From NCBI GenBank assembly GCA_037447605.1, contig CM074806.1:2294001-2358000 (forward strand): a stretch of DNA of 64,000 nt, in the 5' to 3' direction. The position numbers were made by a program, and so were the translations under genes. Source of the stretch: Zygnema circumcarinatum SAG 698-1b. Taxonomy: Eukaryota > Plantae > Zygnematophyceae. The notes under the pieces are model-generated. The model searched no databases and was not told where the DNA came from. It saw only the letters and a list, made by a program, of their open reading frames with translations. Shown piece by piece: positions 1 through 13,339 of this stretch. The stretch's first letter is position 1. Every line of letters starts with the position of its first letter.

Positions 1-3000
1 CCCACGCTCTCTTCCCCCTCCTGTAACTTGCCTACCACACCTGCTGAAACTTGCGCTACTCGAGAAGATGCAAGAGTTCCATTGAAGCTATCCACCTGCT
101 CTGCCTCTTTTCTTTCCGCCAACTCTTCATGGATGCTTCGGCTTTCGTCAGATTTTCGCGGTAAGCCGGCTTCCCCCTCCGCATCCTCTTCCTTCGGAAT
201 ATTACTATGTGGAACGACAACTTCTTTACCTGCATCACTTTCCTTAAGGTTATCCTCGCCATCAACATTTTCCTCCTGTTGAATGCCCCTATAATTAGCA
301 TCTTCACTCGTAAAATCACGTTCCCGATTCCAAGCATCACCCTGTGACGAAACTGCTATGTCCGTTCGAGATGAAGATCGGAAAGGTGTGCGCGCATCAT
401 CAGCCCTGGCTTCTCTATCTCCATTATCTCCATTATCTCCATTCTCTTCCATATTGTCTGCGCCCTCAACCTTAGGTGATGCTTCTTCATACAGCAATAT
501 TGTCGATGGCAACTTCACAACGTGCTTCATCACCTCCGCTGCATCCTCCAGAGCGACCCTTTCAGAATTTCTCATATCTACATCCACTGAACCTTCACCT
601 GCATTTTCCAAGCCATTTTTCAGGGCAGATTTCCCAGGGGAAGGACTCCTTTGGACCTCCTCAGGACTTTCAAAACAGTTGGTAGCAACATCCCGAACCT
701 CAGGCAAAGTCACTTGAATTGCTGGAGGGGAAGGACCGGAGTTCCGACCACTTTCTTCTTCATGACCATCTTCTCTGGTTCGCACATTTTGTTCGGTGTC
801 ATTCAGGTCCTCCACCACCTTAACGATATCCTGCACAGAGGCCATGGCTGCCTTTGTATGGTCATGAACCTCCTCACCTCTATGTATGTTTAGGTTGTCC
901 GCTCCTGTTTCCTGATTCTCTCCAATCCCAAAGGACGTATCCATACAGGTAACTTTTTCCGTCAAGAAAGGAGGCCCGTTGTCCATTGACATCGCTAGCC
1001 TTCCTTGCATCTCATTTTCTCTCTGCTCTCCCACTTCTCCAATCATTTCGTCTTGCGAACCCACGTGCTCGGACTTCTGTTCAGCCTCATCAACATCCTT
1101 CGGCTTACTTTCAGCTGGTTCATTAATGTTCATTGCACTCGTCATTGCTGGAGTTTTGCGCCCTTCCTGTGTACTCTGTTTTGTACTTCCTGTAGGCGTT
1201 TTCTTGAGATCCTCCTCATTCAACACTGCCAAGGGAGTTCCACGAACAGATTTTACTGGGGGACGCGCCCGTGTGCTCTTCCTCGCAGACCGTGGCAGTC
1301 CTGGCAGAACGCTGAAATCCTCTTCATCGCTGGATTGCTCCATCAACTTGGCCCTCTGAGTTCTCGTCAGAACACCCGCTCTACGCGGTGTCGTTACTCC
1401 TGCAGATTTGCTAATTTTCCCTTTGACAACCTCAGCAATTTTGTGATCAGTTGCACCCTTCACATCCATGTCTTCCGAATGACTCGCTTCTGTGGGCTTA
1501 CCTTTCTCTGAATAACAGCCATTGCCACTCTTGTCGTCCAGAGTTGCCGCATCAGTAGCATTGTCCGGCTTAGTGACGGAACCGGATTCTTGATCCTTCG
1601 CTCCCACCTCTACACCATGAGCCGAGTTCATTGGGGTATGCATAACCACATTTTCTTTCTCTTTTTTTCCACTATCTACGACCCAGGCATCAAGGGATGC
1701 TTCCGACTTCGACCCCCCTTCACCACCATTGGCTGACGGTAAAGTCAACATCAAGTTTCCATTTGAGCCCTGTTGAAGTCCTGGGACAACATTATCCTCA
1801 CTTTCTCGCGGAGATAGTGCTGAATCTAAACACTTCGCTGAGCCCTCTGCTGCAGCTGCTTCCAGACGCTCCTCCAGTTGCTGCCTAAGTGGTGGACTGC
1901 CGTCCTTAAGAACGTCAGAACCATTCTCTTTACTGTTCGTAAGGATGACTGCGTTACTACTCCCAATGGCGTCATCCAAACTTCCAGGCACATCTCCAGA
2001 ACGAGAAACTGCAGCCTCTGAGTCCCCAATAGTGAAAGGCATCGGAGTATAGATTGGAGTGTCTTGCATTCCACCTTTCTCAATATGCACTCCCCTTCGA
2101 CCCGAGAAATAAGAAGGGAATGGAGAATTGTTGTTTGAGAAACCGCTCAACTTCAAGTCGCTTATTGGTTCCCCTGGTGTTCCTTGTGTGAAGATCGGAG
2201 GGCTTTGAGGTCGTCCAAATTTCTTGCCTGAAATGATATTTCCACTCTTTGCTACTTGCGTAGCCGTCGCTGCGTCCGATTGCTCCTTGCTAATAGACTT
2301 CATGGCCACTCGAGCAGCTTCTTGTGATATTTTTGTCTTCACATGAAACTTCGGTGTGCCCTCTCTCAAGTTCTTCTCTCCACAGAAGTTGCACTTGTAT
2401 GAAATGTCGTTCACTCGGCGCACTTGTTTCTCATGTTCTGTCTTCAGGTGTCTGGATTTGTCTTGCCCTTTACGCTTGATCAGACGAACAGAGCAGCTGA
2501 CACCTGGAAGCAGTGGCGCCTCACACCTGAAAAATGAGAGGCGAGCATTTATGGCAGGGACAGAGGCAATGGACTGCTCTACAATCAGATGTCAAGGGAG
2601 AGGGGTCTTAATGCAAATTTGCAGCACACTCTGCAGTTGAAAAAAAAAAAACGGCGTACGTCTTTGCTGTGAATAAGACTGACAACGTGTAAGTTCAAAT
2701 TCGAGCATACTCCGAGCAAGCAATGCAATGCAATGTAAAAAATGCGACAACTTCATATATTCAAACAGGAAGGACTAAGTCGATTGCCACCGCTGACAAG
2801 GAATGGATCATGCTTTAAAATCAGCATCAACACCGGAGGCCCTAGTTCGATGAGGTACTTTCCCTTTACGCCGACTTACCAGGAACACTTACTAATGAAC
2901 TAAATATAACTTCTGAGCCTCTACCTACCACACCATAACTTCTCCAATCGGCAACCGAGGAACAACCAAACAGACGAAGTCCAAAGCCCGTATCATCTGT

Positions 3001-3362
3001 TCATTTCAGAATCATCCACTGCATGTCGACAAAACATAGACAGCTAAACACGCATATCCATATGACGCGTGAACATCCAATCCAAATTAAACCGACCAAA
3101 ATTCTGAGCCTGAAGCTTGAAGCCCTTCTCGCCCTGCTGACGACGCGTGTCCTCCCACGCACCTCTTGCAGGAGCCCTCCACAGCCGCCCTGGGTGGCTC
3201 GACGATGTTCTTCTCACAAAGCTCTCTGCAGACGACCCCCAGAGAGGCTGCGAGAGGAGGCGAGTGAGTCAGGAGGGCTTCCGCCGCGCTCCACAAGAAC
3301 CTTCCACGCAGCTGCACTGGCGTTGCGGGGGCACTCGCTGCAGCTCGAAGAGGCGTTCCCAT
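1..3362 (-). CDS. RNase P/MRP Rpr2/Rpp21/Snm1-family zinc-finger protein with long acidic/low-complexity C-terminal extension; 3' partial. Exons 3362-3163 and 2526-<1
   Basis: Exon 1 MGTPL...LRGRFLWSAAEALL...GSCK(R) ends at a GTGCGT donor; the TTTCAG acceptor at 2527 restores frame, giving CKRCEAPLLPGVSCSVR...ISYKCNFCGEKNLREGTPKFHVK (two CxxC pairs typical of the family). No minus-strand ORF in this phase is closed in the ORF track, consistent with an open frame running past position 1. Confidence 0.82.
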
Positions 3363-4616
3363 GCACCGTGCGGATCAGGCCGAGGAAAACGGGAGCTGAG
3401 AGAGCTCGAGCTAGCGAAGGCAGTGGGAGGGAAGCCGCTAGAGGGAGAGAGAAGGGAGGGGGAGGGGGAGAGGGAGCAGGCGGCCGCGCAAAAGGCGGCG
3501 GGCATGCCCACATTTGAATTCGGAGCCGAGCGGAGGTGCGCAGTGACGTGACGGAGCTCCATGCGTCCAGTTCGCCGTTTAACGGCGCCAGCACGGTAAC
3601 AGCGAAATCGAACGTGTGAGGGGCCCGGCGGGCGGCCGTACTCCAATTCGAGGCGGGGCGGGCCGATGTGACAGTTGGGGCGGGCCCTGCGCGCTGCGCG
3701 CCGAATCTGCATGCCGCGTATCCACGCTCGGGGAATGGCCGTGCCGGCCGTTGCGCGAAGGGATGGGCCACTGCTCCGAATACAGCAAAGCTTTAAGGGG
3801 ATATAAGATATGAAGAAGTGCGCATGGTCTATGCAGACCACATGACTACACTTACCAGAAAGATGAACGCTCGTTTTGCTTCGAAGCCTGATCCTGATCC
3901 TGAGTTCTATCGGGTGCAATACAAATAGTATATTGTTCAAAGGTGTCAATACCAAAATGCAAAACGCACGTCAAAAAGCTGGAAACCGGAGAACCGTACA
4001 CCTTTTTGTTTGGACTTGGTGTAAGGAACTGGCCAAACGCCGCATGCCTGTATCCAAACAGCGAGGATTCCTTTCAAGTAGGGCGTATCAACCTTTGACA
4101 TTTCCCTTCGAGTTTTGTTTCGAATGCATTACTTTCGGCTCTCACCTTGACAACCTATTTCGCAGAAATAACGTGTACAAATACCATTTCTTGGGAAAAT
4201 GTCAAACACTGACACACCCTTATCCAGACACCCGAATCCGCAGATTCATTCTTGATCACAGCTTAGTTACAACCATGTTCACACACGGCTTCAATGTAAC
4301 AATGACAATGACATCGACTCGGTGCAAGCCAGTGTGGCGGGCTCGTAATCACATCCTTCCAAAGCGCGATCGAGCCCGCCACTGGCACTAGAGTTACAGC
4401 GACGTGCCACCCCCCCCGTATTGCACGCGAGCTGTCGCTTGCAGTGAGCGCCCCCCTTGCAGGTCGGCGGCCCTTATAAGCAGTACTGCAGCACTCTCTC
4501 TCTCTGCAGCCGCATGTCCAGCCAGTACCCCCCCCCCCCCTCCCCGCCCTTATGCCTCGAGGCACTCATGGCCTCCAAGCTTCAGTTACACCGAGCGGAA
4601 CAGCAGCTGCCCAACT

Positions 4617-7600
4617 CTATGCGCCACACGGATTTCCGTGCGGTCGTTTCAGTACCCGCTCTGCCCCCCCTCCATGTTCCGATCCCTTCGGGGCCGGAAC
4701 GGACCTCTGCGCGGACTCAAAATTTGGCGAATCAGTTCCCGTATCTTCCACGTCACCTGCCAGCATAGCATCCTCTGATTGCCCACCGACCTTCGAGCTG
4801 GCGCTCCCCGATTGGCCGCTCGCATCTCCCTCGCATCCCATTGGCCCGAGATGGTCCCGCGCCGCGGCGCGCAATCCCGCGTGAGATCCTGCGTATCCCG
4901 GCGGCGAATGGCGCGCCGCCAGGTGTCCCGCCGCGACGACGGGGGGCGGACACGTGGCGCCGTTGCGCGGAGGGTCGAAGGCGAGCGGGAGGTACTCCGC
5001 CGTGTCGCACGCGAACCGCGAGTTGCGGAAGTGCTCCTCCAGCGCCGCGCGGCCCTGCCGCCCGCGCACATGGAACCACGCAGCCAGTTAGTTACACGGC
5101 GGACCGCATTTCTGCAACAGGACAGGCATTTGGCGCATGGAACGAGGGTGGTGTACCTGCACGCGCGCGTACGTGACCTGGCACACTTTGCGCGAGTTGA
5201 AGGCCTCCCACTGCTGCGCGTGGAAGGCGCGGTAGAGCCGCCGAGTCGCCGCCACGCTCGTGAAGTTCACGAAGGCGTACCCCAGATTGCACCGATTCCT
5301 GCATCATCATCATCCTCACGCCCAGCCCTAATCAATGCATGCATCACTAATGTGCCGCGATGCACGCATTGGCCACACCACAGCAGATGGCGGGCGGCAG
5401 GAAGGACGAAAGGGGGGGGGGGGGAGGAAGAGGGGGCGAGGGGTCGCGGAGCTGACTTGAAGTCGATGGGCAGGTAAACGAAGTCGTAGGCCGACTGCGG
5501 CTCCGAGTCGTCGTCCTGAATGGCGCTGTTGACGCGCAGGCAGTGCTGGTCGAGCAGCGCGAGCAGCATGCCTTGGCTGTACTTGTTGGGGATGTTCTTC
5601 ACCATGAGAGTGGTGCGCGCGGCCCCCCCGCTCGCCTCCGCACTCTCCTCGTCGAAGGCGTACTGCGCCGCCGCAGCCTTTGCTCCCACGCCGCCCTTGA
5701 ATCCGCCGTTGCTGCTCGCTATGATCCGAACGCCACGTGGCGAAATCTGCTCCCCCCCTCCATGGCCGTTCCTATGCTCCCTTCCTAAGTACTCCGCCCC
5801 TCCTTCCAGGTCATACCCCGCCTTCCGCCTGCCCTTGTCTCCTAGTGCGCCCCTGCCCCCTCCGTAGCCTCCCCCTCCCACTCCCCCTCTGCCCCTCCCC
5901 CCCCCACCCCCATTCACACCCCTCCCGCCAACTCTTGCCCCTCCATGCTGCCCCCCTCCCATGCCCCCATTCCAGGGGTGCAGACTGCGCCCTCCCTGAC
6001 CTCTCCCATTCATGCCACCGTCTCCAACACTTTGAGGATGCGGAAAGCCCCCCTGAATGGGCCCATAGCCGGCCCACATGAAGCTGTGGGCCGGCGGATG
6101 GCCCATGGGCGCTGCTCCATCATGTCCCCCCGGCCATGCCATGATGCCGTACATGGGATGCAGCATGGGCTGCCTCAGCACCTGCTGCTGCTGCTGCTGC
6201 TGCTGCTGCCTGCCCTCCCTGAGCCTCCTTGCGAGTCCCCCCGGGCGCGAGAACTCGACCTTGACCCTGCGGCCCGCGAGCGGGCGGCCGTCCATTGCCT
6301 GGAGGGCGCGGGCCGCGTCGCGCACGTCGAAGAACTCCACGAACTTGTGCTGCTTCTTCAAGGGGGTCTCGCGGACCTCCTTCACGGGGCCTGCAGGGAG
6401 GCAGGCAGGCAGGCAGGCAGGGACAGGGGGGAGGTGAGCTTCAGGTTATCGGAGAGTTTTAAGGCAAATCTGCAATACAATTGAGGGTTTCGTTTGCAGT
6501 ACAAATCCCGTGGCAGAGGGTAGTTCAGTGAAGTTGGAGTAGAAGGTCATGTTCAGAAAAACTATATTTCAGTGATGACCTTCTGTATGGCATTCTATTG
6601 ACTCATTATTTGTAGTTATGCATCTGATGTACTTCACCTCATGCGCACCCTCTTTTGCCTCTCACACTCTCCCTCCCCCTGTCTACCTCTCCATTTTCCT
6701 CTCTCCTCCCTCTCTCCTCTCCAGCCCTCCCACCTCTCCCTCCTCGCTTTCCTTCTCACTCGCCTTCCCCCCTCCTCCTCGTCCCCTCTCCCCTTTCTCC
6801 CTCGTCCCCTCTCCCCTTTCTCCCTCGTCCCCTCCCTCCCCTTCTCTCCCACCTCGAAACAATCTCGAAATTGACATTCCCTCCTGATAAACTACTCGAT
6901 AACCCAGCCTTGTCTCTGGCCTCCTGGCGAGCCCCCCCCCCCCTCCCGTTCCCTCGCACCTACCGTGCACTTCAAAGGCCGCCCTGAGGTCCTCCAGAGG
7001 CGTCCCCGGGTCGAGGTTGAAAACCACGAGCGTGCCCTGATTGTGCGCGCCCTCTCCCTCTCCCTCTCCCTCTCCCTCGCCCGGCGGCGCTGTGCCGCTA
7101 AACTGCGCCCACACAGCGCAGCCGCCGACCAGGCCTCGCCCGCCCCCGCGCCTCCTCCCGCCTCCTCCTTTCACGTTCCCTCTTTCACCTTCGCCTTCAC
7201 CTTCGGCTTCGGCTTCAGCTTCTGGCAGGGTACACGACTCCGCTGTTGCGTCTCCATTCATCGGCCCAGTGTGAGGGCATTGAGAAGCAGCCCCATTCTC
7301 GTCTGTGTCCTGTTGCAGCAGCAGACCTCATCTGCCAGTCAGGACAGTCGCAAGGACTCTAGGCTTCCAGCATTTTCACGGTTGCAAAGGGAGGAAAAGG
7401 AAGAACCGTGGATTAGACGTGAAAGATTATTTTCCGGAGGAGGTGATGGAGGGAAAACGAAAGCTGTGTTCCCTACAGTGGATGCTGCCTACCTTGACGT
7501 GTGCGGCCTCCTCTCCCTCTCCCTCTCCCTCTCCCACTCCCTCTCCCTCTCCCTCTCCCTTTCCCTCGCCCTCTCCCTCTCCCTCACCCTCACCCACTCT

Positions 7601-10413
7601 CACTCTCACTCTCACTCCCACTCCCACTCCCACTCCCTCTCCCTCTTCCTCTTCTTCTTCTTCTTCCTCTCCCTCTCCCTCTCCCTCTCCCTCTCCCTCT
7701 CCCTCTCCCTCTTCCTCTCCCTTCCCCGCCCCCTGGAACGCGCTCTGCAGTGCGCGCAGCGCCGCCTGCGCGTGGCGGAGGTCGAAGAAGTGGACCACCG
7801 CCTGACCCTCCGCGCGCGCCCCGCCGCTCAGGGCCCTGCCACGTGTCCACCCCCCGGTCGGGCCTGTCAGCCTTCGCATCCCCCACTGCTGCAGGGAGAG
7901 GGAGCTATGGCGGCCAAGGGAGGCAGAGGCAGGCCACTACCACACGCGCAGAAGCTCAAGGGAAACTTCTTTCTCTTCTATAAGTGAGGATGGGGATAGG
8001 GTAGTCAAAATACGGAGCGCGGAAAGGTCTATCTTGCTGAGGATTTCTATGCATCGGAATTTGAGGGTTCGAGCCTAAAATTCATCTGGATCTGGTTTGA
8101 ACCTGACAGCGCACACGGAGCGTTCTGATGCGACCAGACCAAAAAGGACCAAAAAGGACCAAAGAAAATTCCGGCAATCCAAACTAGAATCTGTGTAACC
8201 CTGCGCTAGTAGACCTTGTTGGAGAGCACCAGGCTCGACATGTGTCTGGGTAGTCAACATTTGGGTGGGGCTTTGATTCAAGAAAGGATGAGGAGGTTTG
8301 GCACTAACTTATGCTCCTGTTAATCTTAAGTAGGCATCCCAAAACCCCATCCTGCTGACATGGAAGCTTACAATTTCAAGGATTATCCTTTTCACCTCTT
8401 GTCGCGAATTAAAAACCAAAAAGGTGTGGGAAATACCGGCCGTTTCTTAAGCTCAGTCAGTTTGTGACAAGTCACGTTGGATTTCTGCTTGCTTGGGAAA
8501 TGGTAAAAAATGTCCATGGACTACACCTTCACCATCTATCACAATGAGAGAAAAAAAATGTGAACCTTGAAGGTTGCCCAATGTGAATTAAACTTTTCCT
8601 ACTCCATTGACGGAAACGGAGCCCATTCTCAAACGCGGAAACATAAATAAAAAACATCTAGATAGATTCCAGGTCTGTCCCCCTAATCTGCAATGGAAGA
8701 AATTCTTGAAGAGATTTTAGGGGGAAGATGGAGAGAAGACATCGACAAACAATGGAGCAAAAATCTGTCTGAGCGAAACTGCCTCAAAACGGAAATGCAT
8801 ACGCTTGTTGCCTGAAGCCGCTCGAGTTCAAGAAAGAACAGCGGCGGACAGAAAAGGAAAAGCAGCTGCTAACACTTCAATAATTCACATTGCCAGCGTG
8901 GGACATCGAGCTGCAAAAACCACACTGTTTGGAGAACGGTTCAACCATGGTTAACGTGGAACACCTGCAGCAAATGGTTGACTCGCTCATCTCTAGAGGC
9001 AACCACTCGGGTTCCTTTAGCACAACAAGCCAGCGATTGTCGACACATTTCACTTCCTACCGATGAAATTTCCTTCCGCGTCTGCACACACAAACACACG
9101 GCAAATCCAGAAACTGGCCGGGAAGTAAGAAAGTACCTGACCGGGCCCCATCGCTCCAAATCTTTCTTCAGTTCTGCGTCGCTCAGTTCCAGAGGCACTC
9201 CCGTCAGCAGAAGCGCCCGCGACACGTGGTCCCTCGACGCGACAGGTGGCGCTCCTCCATTGGCCGATCCCGCAGAATCGAAGGGCTGACCGACGCCAAA
9301 GGCTGCCCTGGGCGGCGGCCCCCCCATGTGATGCATGCCCTGCGGTGACATCATGGGTGCAGAGAGCGCTGCATGCATGAGTTCCGGAGAGCCCATATGC
9401 ATTCCCTCCCAAGGGGGGGAGGAGGAGCTGCCCATTGCAGGGAAGCCCATGACACCTGCGCCTCCGCTGTACATGGGCATGACCGTTGACGAGTACAACT
9501 CGCCCGAGCTGTACATGACAGCCGCCATATCTTGGGGGTATGCAAGGTGGGGGTCCATGAACGCGAGGTGGGAGGGAATGATGAAGGGAGGAGGGAGATG
9601 TGGGGAGGCGGAAGGAGAAGGAGAGGGCGTAAACTCCCGAGCGTGAGGGTCTAAGTGAGGCAGGTCATGCGAGGGGAGAACTAGTGGGAGAGACATGCGG
9701 TGCATGCTCACGTTAGAACCGAAGCGCACGTCCATCATGCTCTGTCCCTGAAAAGGCATGCCATTCACATACGCGATGGGGCTTCCATGGCGGTCTGTTC
9801 CGTTGCTGTAGACTCCACTCTCTATGCATTCCCTCTCCCCTACCTCCGCAGTCTCTCTATACCCCACTCTCTCGTCCGTGTACCCCTGCCCTTCACTCCT
9901 CTCCCTTCCTTCAGCTCTCCATGCAGCGTTTGCTACTTCAATCCCCCCTTCCTCTCCCTCTCCCTCTCCCTCTAACTCTAACCGCTGCTCCCCTCCTGCA
10001 GGACCGCAGTTTTCTTTCCCCAACGTGAGTGCGGCGGTTTCTTCTTCTCTCAACTCTCCTCTCTCCTTCCCTTCTCCATTGCTACCACTGTCTCCGCCGT
10101 AGCTCTCCACCATTCCCTCTTTGCCAGGCTTGCCAGCTGCCGCCACTCCATTCGCCATTGCAAGCGGCCCTCTTTCATCCGCGCACTTCCTTGCACTGTG
10201 AGCGGCACCTTCAGGGACACCAGACATCAGTGGCGCCCTCGCAATCTTGAGCCCCTTCTCCACCCCTGCACCGAGGCTTTCACCTCCTCCGCTTCCCAGC
10301 CCCATTTTCAGAATTCCTGCATAGCCGAGACCTAACTTGCTCGGCAGAGCTTCTGAAGTGCTGTGCGGCGAGACCACCTGCACTTGTGCGACGGATATCT
10401 TCTTGCCCCCCAT
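4617..10413 (-). CDS. TEL: TERMINAL EAR1-like / MEI2-like RNA-binding protein with 3 RRMs. Exons 10413-9137, 7835-7493, 7309-6964, 6390-5457, 5298-5157, 5054-4617
   Basis: RRM1 [10 protein letters not shown]...WGPVR...[10 protein letters not shown]; RRM2 [11 protein letters not shown]...[26 protein letters not shown]; Mei2-type RRM3 [15 protein letters not shown]...[24 protein letters not shown]...[19 protein letters not shown]...HFRNSRF. All five GT-AG introns are phase-compatible. Confidence 0.92.
6640..6850. repeat. Polypyrimidine (C/T-rich) low-complexity tract in TEL intron 3
   Basis: Nearly pure C/T sequence with recurring ccctcgtcccctctcc units. Confidence 0.8.
7511..7725. repeat. (CTCTCC)n / (CACTCC)n hexamer microsatellite inside TEL exon 2, encoding poly(EG), poly(VG) and poly-E
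   Basis: Direct reading; the ORF 7427..7879 translates it as GEGEGE...EEEE...GVGVRVRV...GEGEG. Confidence 0.9.
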
Positions 10414-11636
10414 GGCCTGCCTCTCCCTCCTCCCAAAACGTCCCTCTGCAGAACGTCTTCACTCTGCAGCAGCTGCGCCGCTTCCACCCTATGCATGCGT
10501 TCCCTCTGCCTCCCTCCCTCCCTCCCTCCCTCCCTCCCTCCCTCCCTCCCTCCCCCTTCACCCGCAGAGGAGCCCCCTTCCCTCCCTCCCCTCACTACAG
10601 GCAGCTGCTCGCTCTCCGCCGATGTGAGTCTGCCACGTGGTTTACCGCGCTCCCAGCGCTTGCTTGCGCCGAGCGACGCCACGTGTCGCCCTGCCAGTCC
10701 CTCCTCCCGGCCGCCTCCGCGCAGTGCAGTGCACCGCGAGCAGGGGCGGCGCTTCCTTCCCTCCCTCCCCCCGAGGCCGCCCCACTCTCGCTCGCGCTCC
10801 ATGCCGTCAGTTGCGACGGCGGCCGCCCGCAAAACCCTCGGACACCTCTCCGCCGTCCGATCGTCACCTCCGCCACGTGGCGCTGCCCGGCGGCCGCGAA
10901 TGTTCGTCGGCGATCCGGTCCGCCCGCCCGCGCCGCGTGGCGTAGGGCCCTTCCCGCGCAAGCCTGCACGCCCCGCCTGGCTCCGGCCGCCTTGGGGCCG
11001 TCGGATTACGACATCGGACGGCCGCCCGCCGCCGCCTGCAGGGGACCGCCTACGGGAAGTTGGCTGCCTGGATTCCACGCAACCCGATTTTGTTTGGAGG
11101 GGCCGGCGGCCAATGGCGCCATACGGACGGAGATTCCCGGATCTGGAGGGGAACCGCCAGCGTGGCGGTCCAAGGACTTCAGACGGCCAGCCAAAACGTT
11201 TCCAGCTGCCCGTCAGGCCCGGCGGGCTGTCCGGGCATCCATCGCGCGCCTCTCGGGCAGGATAAAAAAACTTTTGGCGGTCCTTGAAGGGGCGGCCTTT
11301 GGGAGTCGATTTTTGTCGCTTGCGGGGATCTGTCCGCCCTGCGGATGAGGTGGTCCCAAGCGGCGCGTGCTGACGCGGCGGGGCCCTCGCTGCGATTGGC
11401 GGCTGCTGACGTGGCAGGAAGCCGGGCCTGTCGGCCGCCGACACGGCACCTTCGTGGAGGCTTCGTCAGCGACCGCCGCTTGGCAGTCAGCGCGCGCTGC
11501 CGGGCCGGGGCTGCGCGCCACGTGGCGGCATCGTCCGGAGCGTGCAAGTGGCGGGCGTGGCACGCGCGCGCGTGCGGGGACGACGGGAGGGAAAGAGGAA
11601 GGGGGAGATGCCCGCCCGCCCGCTCTCTCGGACGCT

Positions 11637-12365
11637 GCCTATGCCAGGCCATGCCATGCCATGCCATGCCGGGCCATCCCATGCCAGGCCATCCCATGCC
11701 AGGCCATGCCATGCCAGGCTATGCCATGCCATGCCAGGCCATCCTATGCCAGGCCATGCCATGCCAGGCTATGCCATGCCAGGCCATGCCAGGCCATGCC
11801 AAACCATGCCAGGCCACCCCATGCCAGGCCATGCCATGCTAGGCCATGACATGTCATGCAAGCCATGCCATGCCATGCCATGCCATGCTAGGCCATGATA
11901 CTCCATTGGCACACCTAGTTGGACCATTGCAGAGCGTTTACAAGTACCGATCTGGGTGAGTTCACCGCGAACACAGAGATTGTTTCGCGGAGGTTTCAGG
12001 CCATGCCATGCCAGGCTATGCTATGCCAGGCCATGCCATGCTAGGCCATGACATGCCATGCAGGCCATGCCATGCCATGCCATGCTAGGCCATGACATGC
12101 CAGGCTATGCTATGCCAGGCCATGCCATGCCAGGCAATGCCATGCCAGGCCGTGCCATGCCAGGCCATGCCATGCCAGGCCGTGCCATGCCATGCCGGCC
12201 ATGCCATGCCATTCAGGCCATGCCATGCCATTCAGGCCATGCCATGCCATTCAGGCCATGCCATGCCAGGCTATGCTATGCCAGGCCAGGCTATGCTATG
12301 CCAGGCCATGCCATGCCAAGCCATGACATGCCATGCAGGACATGCCATGACATGCCATGCCATGG
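11637..12365. repeat. GCCAT/GCCAG pentamer-based satellite (common 15-mer ATGCCAGGCCATGCC), interrupted by a ~100-bp unique segment at about 11899-11996
   Basis: Direct reading; it generates spurious MPGHA/CQAMP ORFs in several frames. Confidence 0.95.
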
Positions 12366-13339
12366 AGCGAGGGGACGGGGCGCGGAGGCGCAGCGGCGGG
12401 TCGCCATCATTGCTTGCTGTTCATAATTTATATGTCGGATATCCAACAGTCAGAAATTGCTGCGTTGTGACACGTGGCGTAGCCAAACAAATTCTCGCAC
12501 GAGGCGATCCAATGGTCAGAAAAGAGTCCCGTGGGTGGCCAATCCAACGGACGAGGCTCCCACATCCCGCACGCGGCAACACGGCAGTAGCCTGTCCTCC
12601 CAAGTCCCAGGGCGCGAGGCACCATTCAGGCAACACCCGCCACATGGACACTCGGGGCACTGAATGACTCCTTCAGGCTCGACGGCTCCCCAGGAGAATG
12701 TTGAAGCTGTGCTGAGTTGAGTTGGCAAGCTGGCAGCAAATCACACAATGGCCCCATCTCACATATGCACAGTATCCATTGCAGACATCGACATCAGCGA
12801 GTGCGCATTCAGAGACGGACATTCAATCCTTCAATTTGTAAGATGTACAGAAGGAAGTTTTTTGCCACTGTGTTTGTAACTTCGAACAATGCAAACTGTA
12901 CACGTTTACTTCAGATGACTTCGATCAAATCTCCCAACTTTAACCAATAAATGGGTTGCAAGAACCTTACCAGCCCCTATCTCCCTCCAGCTTGAAACGT
13001 ATCATCTAAGTAAGACAGCAGGACAATAGCCTGAACTTAACTGCTCTGACCTCTTTCCTGGTCTTCTCCTCCTCGCCAACTTTACAGACGCACCGTCCCA
13101 TCAAATGTACACTGAGAACCCGACATGTTTACATAATATCTGACAATGAAGCTCTTAAACAGAAAGGAAGGGTTGGGAAAAAGGAAGAGGCAGAAAACCT
13201 GCCAGTAGATGGTGATACAGCACAGACACACTGACATAATAGCTCGCACTGCCATAAACACCATTAGTAAGGGACCTTTATGCGACACAAAATGCTGAGA
13301 GGGACGTTGATATGCCTAAGTCAAATTTGAAACTCCGGC

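Noticed and set aside
28-1511. Ser-rich plus-strand ORFs
   Set aside because: Antisense shadows of the acidic minus-strand exon of the Rpp21-family gene.
8060-8110. GGTTCGAGCC T-loop-like motif suggesting a tRNA or SINE
   Set aside because: No A-box or cloverleaf stems in the surrounding intron sequence.
10332-11444. Long overlapping ORFs of 300-370 aa upstream of TEL
   Set aside because: GC-rich promoter/UTR sequence lacking stops in all frames, with no recognisable domain.
11179-12667. Cys/Met/His-rich MPGHA/CQAMP ORFs resembling metal-binding proteins
   Set aside because: They are translations of the GCCAT satellite, open in several frames on both strands.
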